Of a stretch of 32,000 nucleotides of DNA, positions 8,053 through 17,955 are shown in pieces; position 1 is the stretch's first letter, and every line of letters begins with the position of its first letter. The stretch covers positions 330,001 to 362,000 of the forward strand of contig NC_008698.1 in the NCBI RefSeq assembly GCF_000015225.1, given 5' to 3'. The notes below the pieces were generated by a model. It saw only the letters and a program-made list of their open reading frames with translations. It was not told the origin of the DNA and searched no databases. The DNA comes from Thermofilum pendens Hrk 5. GTDB taxonomy: Archaea > Thermoproteota > Thermoprotei > Thermofilales > Thermofilaceae. The translations under genes were made by a program, and so were the position numbers.

Positions 8053-8742
8053 GAATTCCTTGATCCGTTCTACCACGTTTGGACTCTGCGTGATGTACCT
8101 CCCCACCACGTAGATGTCTGGCTCCAGTTTTTCGACCAGGCTCTTCACGGCAGGCGTAATGCCGCCTGCAACCGCTATCTTCACCTCTGGGCTAAGCTCC
8201 CTTATTTGGTTCACAGCAACGCCGAGCTCCTCAAAATATTTCTGCCTCGATGCTTCCTCGTCTATACCTCTATGAAGCTCGACGACCAGCTTCTCTAGGG
8301 GGAAGCCTATCTCGCGGGCTACGCGGATGATTTCTCGCACGAGGAACGGTACTTCCCTAGCTTCGATACCGATAGTGTCCACGGCGACGAGCCTTCCCCT
8401 TTTTAGCCCGGCTTCAAGGAAAGCCTTCAGCGTACCCATGGGAGCCCTCGCTAGGACGGACGCTATATCGGCTCCGAAGTCGTATGCTAGACTGGCCTCC
8501 AGCTCTCCTACGTCGGCCGTCTTCAGGTCGGCGTATAGTGTTAGACCCCCGGAGGCGAGCTTAAGCTTAGGCAACACTCTCACTCCCACAGCTTTGATTA
8601 AGGGTGTTCCCGCCTCCACCACAAGTCTATCGCAGGGGAAAGCTCCCTGCCTACAACCCTCGCCCATCGCTCCAGCTACTCTCAAGGCGCGCTCCTCGTC
8701 TACTACGTCGAGCGCAACCTGAACCAGGTAACGCCTCGACAC
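8047..8742 (-). CDS. hps: 3-hexulose-6-phosphate synthase-like protein (OMP-decarboxylase suprafamily; reverse RuMP pentose synthesis)
   Basis: VQVALDV...VVEAGTPLIK...ADLKTADVGELEA...VAVAGGI...YVVGRYIT follows the HPS/KGPDC pattern. GTG start, with the TATA box GCTTTATAAAC about 30 nt upstream. Confidence 0.6.
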   Translation of the reverse strand: MSRRYLVQVALDVVDEERALRVAGAMGEGCRQGAFPCDRLVVEAGTPLIKAVGVRVLPKLKLASGGLTLYADLKTADVGELEASLAYDFGADIASVLARAPMGTLKAFLEAGLKRGRLVAVDTIGIEAREVPFLVREIIRVAREIGFPLEKLVVELHRGIDEEASRQKYFEELGVAVNQIRELSPEVKIAVAGGITPAVKSLVEKLEPDIYVVGRYITQSPNVVERIKEFL

Positions 8743-8797
8743 GAGAAAGTAAAGTTAGCCGTTGTTTATAAAGCTCGCGCGTGCGTCTCGAAGGATC

Positions 8798-9754
8798 CTA
8801 GGACTGCTGCTCTCCGGACTTCAAGTTTATCAGGTTAAACTCGACTAGTAGCTTCCACTCGTCGAGGGTTACGGGGTCTCCTCTGCGGAATCTCTCGTAG
8901 GCCTCCATGGCTTTGCCGTAGAGTTGCCTCTTACGCTCTTCCAGGTGCTGCGACAACTCCTTTGCCTTCAGCAGTATCGAGATTCTCTCAAGCTCCTCCC
9001 TGAGCGACTTTTCCTCGGAGAGGAGCGAGATGTAGATCTGGTGATAGTTGTTCGCAGTCTCCCTTATCCTGTCGCGTTCCTGCTTGAGCTCAACGAGTCT
9101 TTTAACGAGCTCGTCTCTCTGTTGCTTTAAAGCCTGCATCTGCTCCTTAACTTTAAGGTACTCCGAGACTACAGTCTTCAGTTCCTCGTTTATGGCCTGA
9201 ACCTTTTTCTTCAACTCGGGTATTTGCGCTCTAATTTCCTCAATTTTAGCCCTTACCTCGTTTAAGTGCTTTACATTAACGTATATCGACTCGAGGCTAC
9301 GTATCTTGTTTACAAGAACCTTTTCTACCTCCGGCGGTAGAGTCATCGTCTGGTACTGCCACTCGAGCTGCTCTATCCGGTTTCGAAGCTCGTCCTCGTC
9401 ATACCTCTTAGAACCTAGGAAGCCCCGGAGATTGTTGTACTCGGCGTTGAGGCGTTTGAGCTCGTCGCGCAACTTGTTTAGTTGCTCTAAGATGCCCTTC
9501 TTCTCCTCGCGAAGCTTGGAAATCTTCTCGTAAAGAGTTTTCTTCTGCTCGGCTACCGCCGCTATCTGTTGCCGAAGAGCCTGGTACTGCTCCCTCAGGC
9601 TCCGTATCTCGGCCGAGATCCGCTTGACCTCGCCGTTGGCAGAGTCCCTCTTAGATCTAGCCTCCTGGATCTTTGCGCTTATCTCCTGTAGCTTCTGTCT
9701 ATACTCGATTAGTTGTTGCCTTAGGGATTCGATGGATTCGGTTTCGGCGGCCAT
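8798..9754 (-). CDS. Conserved archaeal coiled-coil protein (COG1340-like), function unknown
   Basis: 318 aa, almost entirely heptad-like and rich in E, K, R, L and Q. No enzymatic motif recognised. Confidence 0.5.
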   Translation of the reverse strand: MAAETESIESLRQQLIEYRQKLQEISAKIQEARSKRDSANGEVKRISAEIRSLREQYQALRQQIAAVAEQKKTLYEKISKLREEKKGILEQLNKLRDELKRLNAEYNNLRGFLGSKRYDEDELRNRIEQLEWQYQTMTLPPEVEKVLVNKIRSLESIYVNVKHLNEVRAKIEEIRAQIPELKKKVQAINEELKTVVSEYLKVKEQMQALKQQRDELVKRLVELKQERDRIRETANNYHQIYISLLSEEKSLREELERISILLKAKELSQHLEERKRQLYGKAMEAYERFRRGDPVTLDEWKLLVEFNLINLKSGEQQS

Positions 9755-10006
9755 ACAGCAACGCCTTCCTCAAGCTTTGCACTCATTGAAAAATCAGCTT
9801 CATTTATAAACTTTTAGCCGCGCGCGATGAGCATCACCCTCGAACAGTGGGAGAAGCCAAGAGCCACTCTCCATCCGTTTCTCAAGTCTTGCCTTGCTAT
9901 CCGAAGAGGATCGCGAGTCTTGGGCTCCAAAGATGATCCACTGGCTTGAAACATCAAAAGCCTGAGGCGTGTGCGCGACTCCAGGAGGTTCTTCCAAGTC
10001 CCAGCG

Positions 10007-10846
10007 CTAGATCTCTATGTATATGTCGAGGTTTTCGTCTATTTCCTTCACTACTCTCCTCAGGGTCAGCGTTGAAACTCCAGCTATTTTCGCTATCAAC
10101 GACTGGGTTTTCCTGTATCCAAGAAGATTGGCGATAATGTATACTGCCGCCGCTGCGATTCCGCGAGGCTTCTTGCCTTGGAGCAGGTTTCCAAGGGAGT
10201 CGGCGAAGTCTGCCAGAAGTTTTAGCTGTATGTTGCTCCTGACTTCTTGTAACTCGTGTGAACCTACTATTTTGTAGACATACTTGCTAGGCTTCGATAC
10301 GTGGGGTTGTCCAAGCTCAAATACTCCTTTCTTCAGCAACACTCTGTAAGCCTTTTTAACGTCATTCTCTGAGACTCCCGCGACACCTTCGAGGTCCTTA
10401 AGGGATACACTTACGTTCTTTTCCTTAGAGCAGACGTAGTAGATTATGGCAGCTGCCACCGCCTTGCGGTTTCTTCCGCGCAACAAGCCCTCTTTCTGCA
10501 CCTTTGTAAAGTACTCCTTAACTTCCTCGATGAGGTGGGGAGGCAGGTTCATAGACTTAGCCATGGACTCTACCTCCCTAAGGTAACTAGCACTCTTTCT
10601 CTCCTTTCCCAGCGACTCGTAGTATGCACGCTTGTACTTCTCGGATATTTCTTGGGGCGTCGTATCAATACCCCTTGAGACGGGGTAGTCGTGGACTTTT
10701 CTCGCGAATTCTTCCTTAGAGCGGGCGCTCCGACCCGTGAAGAGCAAGCTCTCGGGAAAGACGTAACCGCAGTAGGGGCACGCGTATTCGCCGGTCTCGA
10801 AATTGAGTATGGGTTTCACTTTTCGCCCACAGTTAGGGCAGCTCAC
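10007..10846 (-). CDS. tfb: Transcription initiation factor B (TFIIB homolog)
   Basis: N-terminal Zn ribbon (CPNCG...CPYCG) followed by two cyclin-fold repeats (RNRKAVAAAIIYYVC..., KKPRGIAAAAVYIIANL...). Its start overlaps the gar1 stop by 4 nt. Confidence 0.85.
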   Translation of the reverse strand: MSCPNCGRKVKPILNFETGEYACPYCGYVFPESLLFTGRSARSKEEFARKVHDYPVSRGIDTTPQEISEKYKRAYYESLGKERKSASYLREVESMAKSMNLPPHLIEEVKEYFTKVQKEGLLRGRNRKAVAAAIIYYVCSKEKNVSVSLKDLEGVAGVSENDVKKAYRVLLKKGVFELGQPHVSKPSKYVYKIVGSHELQEVRSNIQLKLLADFADSLGNLLQGKKPRGIAAAAVYIIANLLGYRKTQSLIAKIAGVSTLTLRRVVKEIDENLDIYIEI

Positions 10847-11124
10847 TTCTTCCGCTGTTTTTTCGTGCGTAGCTTACCACCTGTAGGTCCCACGTTGCCG
10901 CTCCAGTAGAGCAACTTTCCCACCAGGGCTTCGGGCTCCCAGCGGGACTCGTCGACCTTTACTAGTACGAATGGCGAAGTCACAGGGCCGATAACGTCGT
11001 AAACGTACCCTACGAGCATAGCTTTCTCGTCGTAGACTTTTTCGCCGATAGGAGGCACGTTTGAAGCCTCCACTACGAGGTTCTTGTTCCTCGAGTAAAG
11101 ACGCGCCCTGCCGATCAACTGCAT
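10843..11124 (-). CDS. gar1: H/ACA ribonucleoprotein complex subunit Gar1
   Basis: LIGRARLYSRNKNLVVEASNVPPIGEKVYDEKAMLVGYVYDVIGPVTSPFVLVKV is the Gar1 barrel. The ORF extends to 11220, but ATG 11124 has a TATA box (TTTTTATCA, complement of 11146-11154) 26 nt upstream, and the extension would cover the nop5 promoter. Confidence 0.8.
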   Translation of the reverse strand: MQLIGRARLYSRNKNLVVEASNVPPIGEKVYDEKAMLVGYVYDVIGPVTSPFVLVKVDESRWEPEALVGKLLYWSGNVGPTGGKLRTKKQRKK

Positions 11125-11218
11125 AAAGCATGAATCGCTTCGCGATGATAAAAACCTCGCGCCGCGCGGCGGCAAAGCTATAAATGTTAGGATTTCGAGG
11201 TTATGTTTCGAGGGACTC

Positions 11219-12457
11219 ATGCAAATGAATGTTTACTTGCACTTCACTCCTCTGGGACCGGTGCTCGTAAACGAGGAAGGACAGATACTCGCCAGCGACA
11301 TGATAACGCAGGATAAGGATCCCGAGAAGATCGCCCGCTTCATGTACGAGCTGGAAACTGGAAACGTTCCAGAAAGGGTTCTAGGTTTTCTAGCCTCTAG
11401 TCTCTCAAAGGAATACACGCTGGCAGTAGAGGACGAGGAAGTGGCCAGAAAGATCTCCCAAAGCTTAAAGGAGGTGAAAGTAACCGTGCAACCCGGGAGT
11501 AAGGTCCACAGAGCTCTCCGAGAGCAGCAACAAGCAATCGTCGAGAAAGCATTCGGCATATCATACTCGGACTATTACAGGCTAGTACGAGAGGCAACGA
11601 TCCTGCTGGCACGGTGGAAAGTGAAGGAAGTCGCCGAAAAAAGAGACCTCTACGTAGCGCAAGCAGTTAACGCGCTGGACGATGTAAACAAGACGATAAA
11701 CCTCTTCGCTTCGAGAGTGAGAGAGTGGTACGGGCTCCACTTCCCGGAGCTTAACGATATAGTCGAAGACCACGAGGACTACTTCAAAATAGTGAGCAAA
11801 CTGGGTTCTAGGAGCAACATTTCCCTGGAAAAACTCAAAGAGCTGGGCTTTAAGGATGACCTCGCCCAGAAAATAGTCAAAGCAGCTTCCAACAGCATGG
11901 GAGCCGAGCTAACAGAGTTCGACCTCAACGCCATAAGGCTCCTATCCGACGCTGGACTCCAGCTCTACAGCATACGGAGAAACCTAGAGAAGTACATAGA
12001 CGAGGCGATGTACGACGTAGCTCCCAACATAAGGGGTCTCGTCGGGCCAACCCTGGGTGCTAGGCTGATTTCGCTCGCCGGAGGCTTAGAAAAGCTTGCC
12101 AGGTTGCCCGCGAGCACGATCCAGGTTCTGGGCGCCGAAAAAGCTCTCTTCAGAGCACTCAGATTCGGCGCACGTCCTCCCAAGCACGGAGTGATCTTCC
12201 AGCACCCGTACATACATAAATCGCCGAAATGGCAAAGAGGTAAGATTGCAAGGGCTCTTGCAGGCAAACTCGCGATCGCTGCCAGGATCGACGCGTTCAC
12301 GGGAGAGTATAAGGCAGACGAGCTACGAGAAGACCTGGAAAAGAGGATAGAAGAAATAAAGACACTCTATGCAAAGCCTCCCGCAAAGCAGGCTAAAAAA
12401 GAGCCTGCACAGAAAAAGTTTAGGGGGCACGGCAAGAGGAAGGGTGAGAGCAAATGA
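11219..12457 (+). CDS. nop5: C/D box sRNP core protein Nop5 (Nop56/58)
   Basis: Nop domain ([29 protein letters not shown]), coiled-coil middle region and a K-rich tail. TATA box AAGCTATAAATG at 11175-11186. Overlaps flpA by 4 nt. Confidence 0.9.
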   Translation: MQMNVYLHFTPLGPVLVNEEGQILASDMITQDKDPEKIARFMYELETGNVPERVLGFLASSLSKEYTLAVEDEEVARKISQSLKEVKVTVQPGSKVHRALREQQQAIVEKAFGISYSDYYRLVREATILLARWKVKEVAEKRDLYVAQAVNALDDVNKTINLFASRVREWYGLHFPELNDIVEDHEDYFKIVSKLGSRSNISLEKLKELGFKDDLAQKIVKAASNSMGAELTEFDLNAIRLLSDAGLQLYSIRRNLEKYIDEAMYDVAPNIRGLVGPTLGARLISLAGGLEKLARLPASTIQVLGAEKALFRALRFGARPPKHGVIFQHPYIHKSPKWQRGKIARALAGKLAIAARIDAFTGEYKADELREDLEKRIEEIKTLYAKPPAKQAKKEPAQKKFRGHGKRKGESK

Positions 12458-13155
12458 TTAGGCCTGTAAAAGTGGTGGAACACGAGAAATTCCCAGGAAT
12501 ATACGTCGTGGAGTACGAGGACGGGACCAAAAAGTTGGCAACTGTTAACCTGGCTCCAGGCGTAAAGGTTTATGATGAAACACTAATCCAGCACGGCGAC
12601 AAAGAGCTCAGAACATGGAATCCTTATAGAAGCAAGCTAGCCGGCGCCATTCATAAGGGGATAACCATTAACCCGATAAAGCCCGGCGTCAAGGTCCTCT
12701 ACTTGGGGGTAGCCTCTGGAACCACGCCTAGCCACGTCTCCGACATAATCGGACCTAAAGGTGTTCTCTTCGGCGTAGAGTTCGCTCCGCGCGTTATGCG
12801 TGAATTCATCGAGAAGGTAGCAGTTCACAGGGAGAACGTAGTTCCACTCCTCGCCGACGCCAGGTTCCCGACGAAGTACGCGCACGTAGTTGAGCTGGTC
12901 GACGTCGTATACGCCGACATAGCGCAACCCTTCCAGGCAAAGTACGTTGCGGACAACGCGGATATGTTCCTTAAAAGCGGAGGGTACATTATGATGGCTA
13001 TAAAGGCTATGAGTATAGACGTAACCGCGACCCCCTCGGAGACGTATAAGAGGGAGATAACTCACCTAGAGGAAAGAGGCTACAAAGTAAAGGAGGTAAA
13101 GCACCTAGAACCCTATGATGAGGCTCACGCATTTGTAGTTGCCCAGAAACCCTAA
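12454..13155 (+). CDS. flpA: Fibrillarin-like rRNA/tRNA 2'-O-methyltransferase
   Basis: [21 protein letters not shown] motif and [10 protein letters not shown]. Canonical nop5-flpA operon. Confidence 0.9.
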   Translation: MIRPVKVVEHEKFPGIYVVEYEDGTKKLATVNLAPGVKVYDETLIQHGDKELRTWNPYRSKLAGAIHKGITINPIKPGVKVLYLGVASGTTPSHVSDIIGPKGVLFGVEFAPRVMREFIEKVAVHRENVVPLLADARFPTKYAHVVELVDVVYADIAQPFQAKYVADNADMFLKSGGYIMMAIKAMSIDVTATPSETYKREITHLEERGYKVKEVKHLEPYDEAHAFVVAQKP

Positions 13156-13291
13156 CCCCTGTACACCGGACTTCTTCCTTTCTTGTGCCGAAAAGCTTGG
13201 AGTTCAGAATGGATTTACCTCTCCCTTTCGATGAACCTATCGTAAAGCTTATAGGTGCGCAGACGTAAACTTCCAAGCAGTATAAGCGTCT

Positions 13292-14185
13292 ATGACGAAC
13301 AAAGTGGTTCGGTTTAAGTCCTCCGAGTACTGTGTTGACGAGGTTACGGTGGCGTCTAAGTACATCTTGCTTGAAAAGAGAGTGAAAGACGCTTACCAAG
13401 TTACACAGTACCTTGCGGAGAATCTTCGAGTTTTTAGCGAGTTCTTAGAGGGGCTCCCCCTCATAATCGCCGAGTCGTACAAGGGTGAGAAGATAGAGGA
13501 GGACGTAGTATACTCTAGGCACAACGTCCCCGTGGTTAGTAGCTCTACGGCAAATAGCCTCCTTAGAGGAGAAAGGAAGTACTTAGTCTACGTTAGCAAA
13601 GGCGGAGTATTCGTGAAACTTAACGGTAAAGAACTTAGAAAGGCGCGGGAAAGGATGGGGCTCTCGAGGGGGGCCCTTGCGAGAGAGGTTGGTGTCTCGG
13701 CGAGAACCATAGCGTACTACGAGGAGGGACTCAGCGACGCGACACTAGAGATAGCCGCGAAGCTCGAAGAGATACTCGGCAGCGAGATCTTTGAAGCCAT
13801 AAGCGTGGATTCGCTGAGGGAGCTGACGAAGTCGGGTAGGCCTTCCGTTGGCAGCCCAGCCAAGAGGGGGAGAAACGTTGAGTGGCTTATCTCCACGCTG
13901 AGGGACTTTGTAGGGGAAAGGTACTTTTTCGATAAAGCACCCCTAGACGCTGGGTTCAAAGTATCGCTGAAAACTACTTCAAAGTTTGCAATCAAGGCCG
14001 GGATCTCAAAAGAGGAGGAAGTTCAGGACGTGAAGGAGCTTTCCGAGGCGACGGAGACCCCTGTAGTTATACTGAACAACAAGGAGGAGATTTTGAGCGA
14101 GAAAGTGATTGTGGTTGATAAGAGGAGGCCTGAGAAGCTTAGGGACTACCTGTCTAGGATAATGGAGAACACGCGTGACGAATAA
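13292..14185 (+). CDS. Conserved archaeal HTH (XRE/Cro-type) transcriptional regulator, COG1395-like
   Basis: 297 aa with a central HTH (RERMGLSRGALAREVGVSARTIAYYEEG). Confidence 0.6.
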   Translation: MTNKVVRFKSSEYCVDEVTVASKYILLEKRVKDAYQVTQYLAENLRVFSEFLEGLPLIIAESYKGEKIEEDVVYSRHNVPVVSSSTANSLLRGERKYLVYVSKGGVFVKLNGKELRKARERMGLSRGALAREVGVSARTIAYYEEGLSDATLEIAAKLEEILGSEIFEAISVDSLRELTKSGRPSVGSPAKRGRNVEWLISTLRDFVGERYFFDKAPLDAGFKVSLKTTSKFAIKAGISKEEEVQDVKELSEATETPVVILNNKEEILSEKVIVVDKRRPEKLRDYLSRIMENTRDE

Positions 14186-14227
14186 ATGCGGATGCCCGTT
14201 TTCCAGGCATCCATATAGGCGGTATGC

Positions 14228-15382
14228 ATGGAGGATCTCTCCACGGTATCAGAGGGTAGGGGAGTCTTCAAGGTATACCCCCCTGAAAAGTACAGGGACC
14301 CTGCTTGGGCCCCGGTTTTCTACAACCCTAGGATGCGGTGCTCGAGGGATATCTCGTCTGTCATCGTGGGTGCGTACGCAGAACTACTCGGTAGAGGGGG
14401 GCTAGTGGTGGTAGACGCTTTCAGCGCAACGGGTATTAGAGGGATAAGGTACGCGTTAGAGAACGAGGGCGTAGGCAGGGTCATTTTGAACGACATAAAT
14501 CCGAGAGCGGTGGAAATCATTAGGCAAAATGTAGATTTAAACGGGGTTTCAGACATCGTGGAGGTACGGAGAGAGGATGCTTCTAGCTTGCTTGCATCGC
14601 TAAGCGGCGTGGACATCGTGGACTTGGATCCTTTCGGTAGCCCGGCGGAGTACGTAGACCCGGCGTTAAGGTGCCTGAAGCATAAGGGCCTGCTTTGCGT
14701 CACCGCGACGGACCTCCCGCCGCTCTTAGGCAAGTACCCGAAAACCTGCGTAAGGAAGTACTTCTCCAAGAGCATAGAGACGGAGTTTTCAAGGGAACTC
14801 GCCGTAAGGATACTGCTCTACTTCATTGCACGCGAAGCGGCAAAACTGGGTAGAACAATCGTCCCGCTCTACTCGTACTACATGGAACACCACGTAAGGG
14901 TCTGCGTACTAGTACTGAAGACAGAGAGCCGCTACGGAGGATTAACGGACTCTATAGGGTTTGTGAAGTACAACCCGACATCCCTTGAAAGAGCGGCTGT
15001 CCCTCTTTTCGACTTCTACCGGGAAGAGAGGAGCGACAACTGGGTTGTGGGTGGACCTTTATGGGTAAAGGAGATCTTCCAAAGAACGTTTGCCGATGCG
15101 GTAGGTAGAGCGTATAGTAGCAAGTTGAAGGCACACGGTCTATGCGGGAAGGGTTGGAGGGTAGTTTCTACGATTCTAGAGGAAGTTTCCCGTCCCCCCT
15201 TCTACTTCACCACGGAGAAGTTTGCGAGCACGTACCGATTAAAAGAGGAGAAGTCTGTTGTCGAGGTGTTGGAGGTGTTAAGGGCTCGAGGATTTGAGGG
15301 GTCCCGTACGCACTTTGACCCGAAAGGCTTTAGGACGAGCGCATCCATAGGAGAAATTCTCGAAGCAATAGCGAAGAGTTGA
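14228..15382 (+). CDS. trm1: tRNA (guanine(26)-N2)-dimethyltransferase Trm1
   Basis: VFYNPRMRCSRDIS, DAFSATGIRGIRYALE and DLDPFGSPAEY are Trm1 motifs. Confidence 0.85.
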   Translation: MEDLSTVSEGRGVFKVYPPEKYRDPAWAPVFYNPRMRCSRDISSVIVGAYAELLGRGGLVVVDAFSATGIRGIRYALENEGVGRVILNDINPRAVEIIRQNVDLNGVSDIVEVRREDASSLLASLSGVDIVDLDPFGSPAEYVDPALRCLKHKGLLCVTATDLPPLLGKYPKTCVRKYFSKSIETEFSRELAVRILLYFIAREAAKLGRTIVPLYSYYMEHHVRVCVLVLKTESRYGGLTDSIGFVKYNPTSLERAAVPLFDFYREERSDNWVVGGPLWVKEIFQRTFADAVGRAYSSKLKAHGLCGKGWRVVSTILEEVSRPPFYFTTEKFASTYRLKEEKSVVEVLEVLRARGFEGSRTHFDPKGFRTSASIGEILEAIAKS

Positions 15383-15389
15383 AAACTCG

Positions 15390-15821
15390 CTAGAAGGGTT
15401 TGACTGGCGAGACGGCTCCGCATGCTGTACACTTGATGTACATTAGTTTCTTCTCTTTTACGAGGATCGTGTCCGGTGCTTCGCATACCGGGCACTTGAC
15501 GTATTCGTTGTAGAATCTTTCAAGTAGCTTGTTGAGGGTCTGCGCAGACACTTCACCGTGTATCACGGCGGTACCGTTCTCGTACACACCTGGAAGAGCT
15601 ATCTCCTTTAGTATAAAGCGTAGAAGAACGGGGGGTTCCCTGTTAAGCTTCTCTGCCACGTCTTTAAAGTTGTGTATGTATACCTTCTTCCCCGTCTTGC
15701 TCACCTCGAAGGTTGGTAAAACGAACCTTTCACCCGTGCTGCGACGTCTACGCCTTGGGAGCATCGAATAGGCTCTTTCAAGTAGCTCTTCGTAGCTCAT
15801 AAACGCCTGAGTCATAGGCAA
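15390..15821 (-). CDS. eif2b: Translation initiation factor 2 subunit beta (aIF2-beta)
   Basis: 143 aa, with YEELLERAYSMLP near the N-terminus and a C-terminal Zn ribbon CPVCEAPDT...CTACG. Confidence 0.85.
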   Translation of the reverse strand: MPMTQAFMSYEELLERAYSMLPRRRRRSTGERFVLPTFEVSKTGKKVYIHNFKDVAEKLNREPPVLLRFILKEIALPGVYENGTAVIHGEVSAQTLNKLLERFYNEYVKCPVCEAPDTILVKEKKLMYIKCTACGAVSPVKPF

Positions 15822-15947
15822 CTATTCAACGAACACTAATAAAAAGCCTTCGTACGCGTGTATGTTTTCTCACCGATTCATGTTCGATCTCGTCAACCTG
15901 TTACCGTGATTTCTTCCTAGTGTATACTTATAAAATATAACGAAAAA

Positions 15948-15957
15948 ATTTTTATAG
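15948..15957 (+). promoter_or_regulatory. TATA box for the secreted amidase gene (leaderless geometry)
   Basis: AATTTTTATA is centred 27 nt upstream of GTG 15980, within a roughly 80-nt strongly AT-rich spacer. A second TATA-like run lies at 15927-15940. Confidence 0.4.
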
Positions 15958-15979
15958 TACAAAAACCACAAAACAAGTT

Positions 15980-16570
15980 GTGAGTAACAAGTACCTCTTC
16001 CTAGTATTCACTTGCGCTGTACTTCTCCTAACAGTCGTCGCGGCTCCTGCTACCTCTCTAAGCTCCAGTGGGTCATCCAGCTTAGCATACAAAATAGACC
16101 TAAGTTTGCTTCAACCAGGAGACATTATATTGACGAGGGGGAAACTTGCCTCCATAATACCTGGTTACTACTCTCACGCCATCCTGTATATTGGAAACGG
16201 CATGGTTGTACATGCAGTATCGGACGGCGTAGTGGTTCAGAGTATATACGACGCCATATCGAGCGACGTATCTGCCGTGGGAATATACAGGGTAAAAACA
16301 TCCAGCTATATTAAGCTAGCAGCAGTTCAGTGGGCATTGTCCAAGGTAGGTTACCCTTATGACTACAGCTGGCTGGTATACCCCGGAGGGAAACAAGTCT
16401 ACGGTTCAAGCTATTACTGCTCCGAACTTGTATGGGCATCTTACCTAGCTGTAGGTGGTCCTGACTTGGATGCAAATCCAGGGTTTACGTTGAAGTATGG
16501 GTATAACGTTGCACCTCAAGAGATAGCTGATGACAACGATGTATACCTGGTTGCGTTTTACTCGAATTGA
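15980..16570 (+). CDS. Secreted or membrane-anchored permuted papain-fold (NlpC/P60-LRAT superfamily, YiiX/C92-like) cysteine amidase
   Basis: N-terminal hydrophobic signal or anchor (LFLVFTCAVLLLTVVAAPA) plus a Ser-rich linker. His-first, Cys-last order: PGDIILTRG...YYSHAILYIGNGMVVHA ... GYPYDY ... SYYCSELVWASY. Confidence 0.6.
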   Translation: MSNKYLFLVFTCAVLLLTVVAAPATSLSSSGSSSLAYKIDLSLLQPGDIILTRGKLASIIPGYYSHAILYIGNGMVVHAVSDGVVVQSIYDAISSDVSAVGIYRVKTSSYIKLAAVQWALSKVGYPYDYSWLVYPGGKQVYGSSYYCSELVWASYLAVGGPDLDANPGFTLKYGYNVAPQEIADDNDVYLVAFYSN

Positions 16571-16596
16571 GGCCCCATTCTCCGAGGAAATTATTT

Positions 16597-17193
16597 CTAC
16601 TTTGCATGCTCCAGTAACTCTTCTATTATCTCAACAGTACCTTGCTCCTTGTACTCCCTTGCCAGTCTCTTGGGGATTAATGCAAAATCTCCTTTCTTGA
16701 AAAGCGCACTCTTCATGCTTTTCCCACGCTCCGGTGCATCGAGCGTAGGTGAAAAGCTCTTCCGAAAGTATACAAAGCTAAATTCCTCTACCTTTGATCT
16801 CTGTTCACCGCTAGAACCTTTTGCTTGAGAAGTTACTTGTCTTCCGCTTTTCTCCAAGTCCTCGCCGCGAAAAACAACTTTTTCCATCCCGTTGATAGTC
16901 TCCTTTATTTTCTCTATGACGCCGTATTCTTCCGGAGGTAGACTCTTTTCATCTAGTTTCACGCCTTTAATTAGAAGGTCTACCTCTTTCTTTAAACGTA
17001 TGAGGAAGATCGTCTCTAAGGTCTTTTTGACCTCTTCCTTTAGAAGTTTTTCATCCTCACCGAGCCTGGCGACGGCCTTAAGGGCTTCCCTGTAGAAATC
17101 AACACTGATAGGTTGAAGAGAGTTGTTCAGCAACTCCTGCTTTAGCACCTTGAGCAGCTCTCCTGGATCCCTGTAATCGCTCATCACGCCCAT
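16597..17193 (-). CDS. gins15: GINS complex subunit, Gins51/Gins15 type
   Basis: A-domain pattern (LKQELLNNSLQPISVDFYREA...FLIRLKKEVDLLIKG...LPPEEYGVIEKI) parallels Thermococcus Gins51 (IRLHKIVDLAVEG...). C-terminal B-domain: FKKGDFALIPKRLAREYKEQGTVEII. Confidence 0.6.
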   Translation of the reverse strand: MGVMSDYRDPGELLKVLKQELLNNSLQPISVDFYREALKAVARLGEDEKLLKEEVKKTLETIFLIRLKKEVDLLIKGVKLDEKSLPPEEYGVIEKIKETINGMEKVVFRGEDLEKSGRQVTSQAKGSSGEQRSKVEEFSFVYFRKSFSPTLDAPERGKSMKSALFKKGDFALIPKRLAREYKEQGTVEIIEELLEHAK

Positions 17194-17343
17194 TCAAAAG
17201 TCCTAGCACGCATTTAAATCCTTTAGCTCGCTGCACGGAAGAATCTGAGCCATTCTCTCAGATGGGCGAGCAGGGCGCCCTAATAGGTTCGCTTTGAGCC
17301 CCTCTATGGATTTGAAGAAAAACTTGAAAGCGCTGCGGGCCCT

Positions 17344-17904
17344 TTATCCGTCTGTCCCGAGTATTTCGCGAAGTATTTCTTCGCTTATGCCAGCTTCCTT
17401 CATTTTTGCAAGATATTCCTCGCTACGTCCCAGGCTCTGGTACGTCTCCTTTAGCTCGTAAGGGAATACAACCCACTCTGAGAGTTCCTTCACGTAGAAG
17501 TCAGGTTTGAATGGGCTCCACGTCTTCACGTAGAGGGTAGCTGTCCTTACTTCTAAGGGCTCGGCCTTCCTGAGGTGGTTTACCGCTTCCCTTAGGGTGG
17601 CACCGCTGTCTACGATATCGTCTACGAGGAGGACTTTTCTGCCCCTAAGGTCTACGTTGAGCTCCTGTACAAGTACCGGTCTTTCCTTGTGGGACCCTAC
17701 CTCTTCATAGAACTTCATCGTTAAGGCTACTGCGTCCCGAACGGACAATAGGTCCGAGAGAATCCTCCCGAGAACCCAACCCCCGCGCGCGATGGCTACC
17801 AGGATGTCGGGGCGATAGCCGTTTTCAATGATCTTCTTCGATAACTGCACGCTATCCAGGAAGAACTGTTCCCAGGATAGTACCAGTATTTTCTGCCTCC
17901 CCAT
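17344..17904 (-). CDS. Purine phosphoribosyltransferase (hypoxanthine/xanthine/guanine PRTase type)
   Basis: PRPP-binding motif KVLLVDDIVDSGATL and N-terminal ILVAIARGGWVLGRIL. It has its own TATA box (complement of 17928-17940) about 30 nt upstream of ATG 17904. Confidence 0.75.
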   Translation of the reverse strand: MGRQKILVLSWEQFFLDSVQLSKKIIENGYRPDILVAIARGGWVLGRILSDLLSVRDAVALTMKFYEEVGSHKERPVLVQELNVDLRGRKVLLVDDIVDSGATLREAVNHLRKAEPLEVRTATLYVKTWSPFKPDFYVKELSEWVVFPYELKETYQSLGRSEEYLAKMKEAGISEEILREILGTDG

Positions 17905-17955
17905 ATGTACTCTACTTATAGAGGTAAATTAACTTTTACGCGCGGTTTCTCGAAG

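Noticed and set aside
9925-9970. C/D-box sRNA-like elements (AGATGAT ... CCTGAGG).
   Set aside because: The C box is imperfect, the C-to-D distance is only about 36 nt, and there are no C'/D' boxes or terminal stem. Other UGAUGA hits are inside coding sequence without correctly spaced CUGA boxes: 12569 and 13114 in flpA, 16528, and the complement of 17184-17190.
9800-9997. 65-aa minus-strand ORF, and a 40-aa plus-strand ORF (ATG 9827) in the spacer between the coiled-coil gene and tfb.
   Set aside because: Neither has a recognisable motif. The minus ORF runs through the TATA box of the coiled-coil gene. The plus ORF starts only about 20 nt from the palindromic TTTATAAA box, too close for standard TATA-TSS spacing. 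The roughly 175-nt spacer remains unexplained.
11125-11220. N-terminal 32-codon extension of the Gar1 ORF.
   Set aside because: It covers the nop5 TATA box and start codon. Gar1 homology begins after the internal ATG 11124, which has a TATA box 26 nt upstream.
17243-17263. Perfect 7-bp hairpin ATCTGAG-CCATTCT-CTCAGAT, and a GGGCGCCC palindrome (17270-17277) between the PRTase and GINS genes.
   Set aside because: It is probably a 3'-end or terminator-associated structure of the PRTase transcript. There is no oligo-T tract or sRNA box, and not enough evidence to call a feature.
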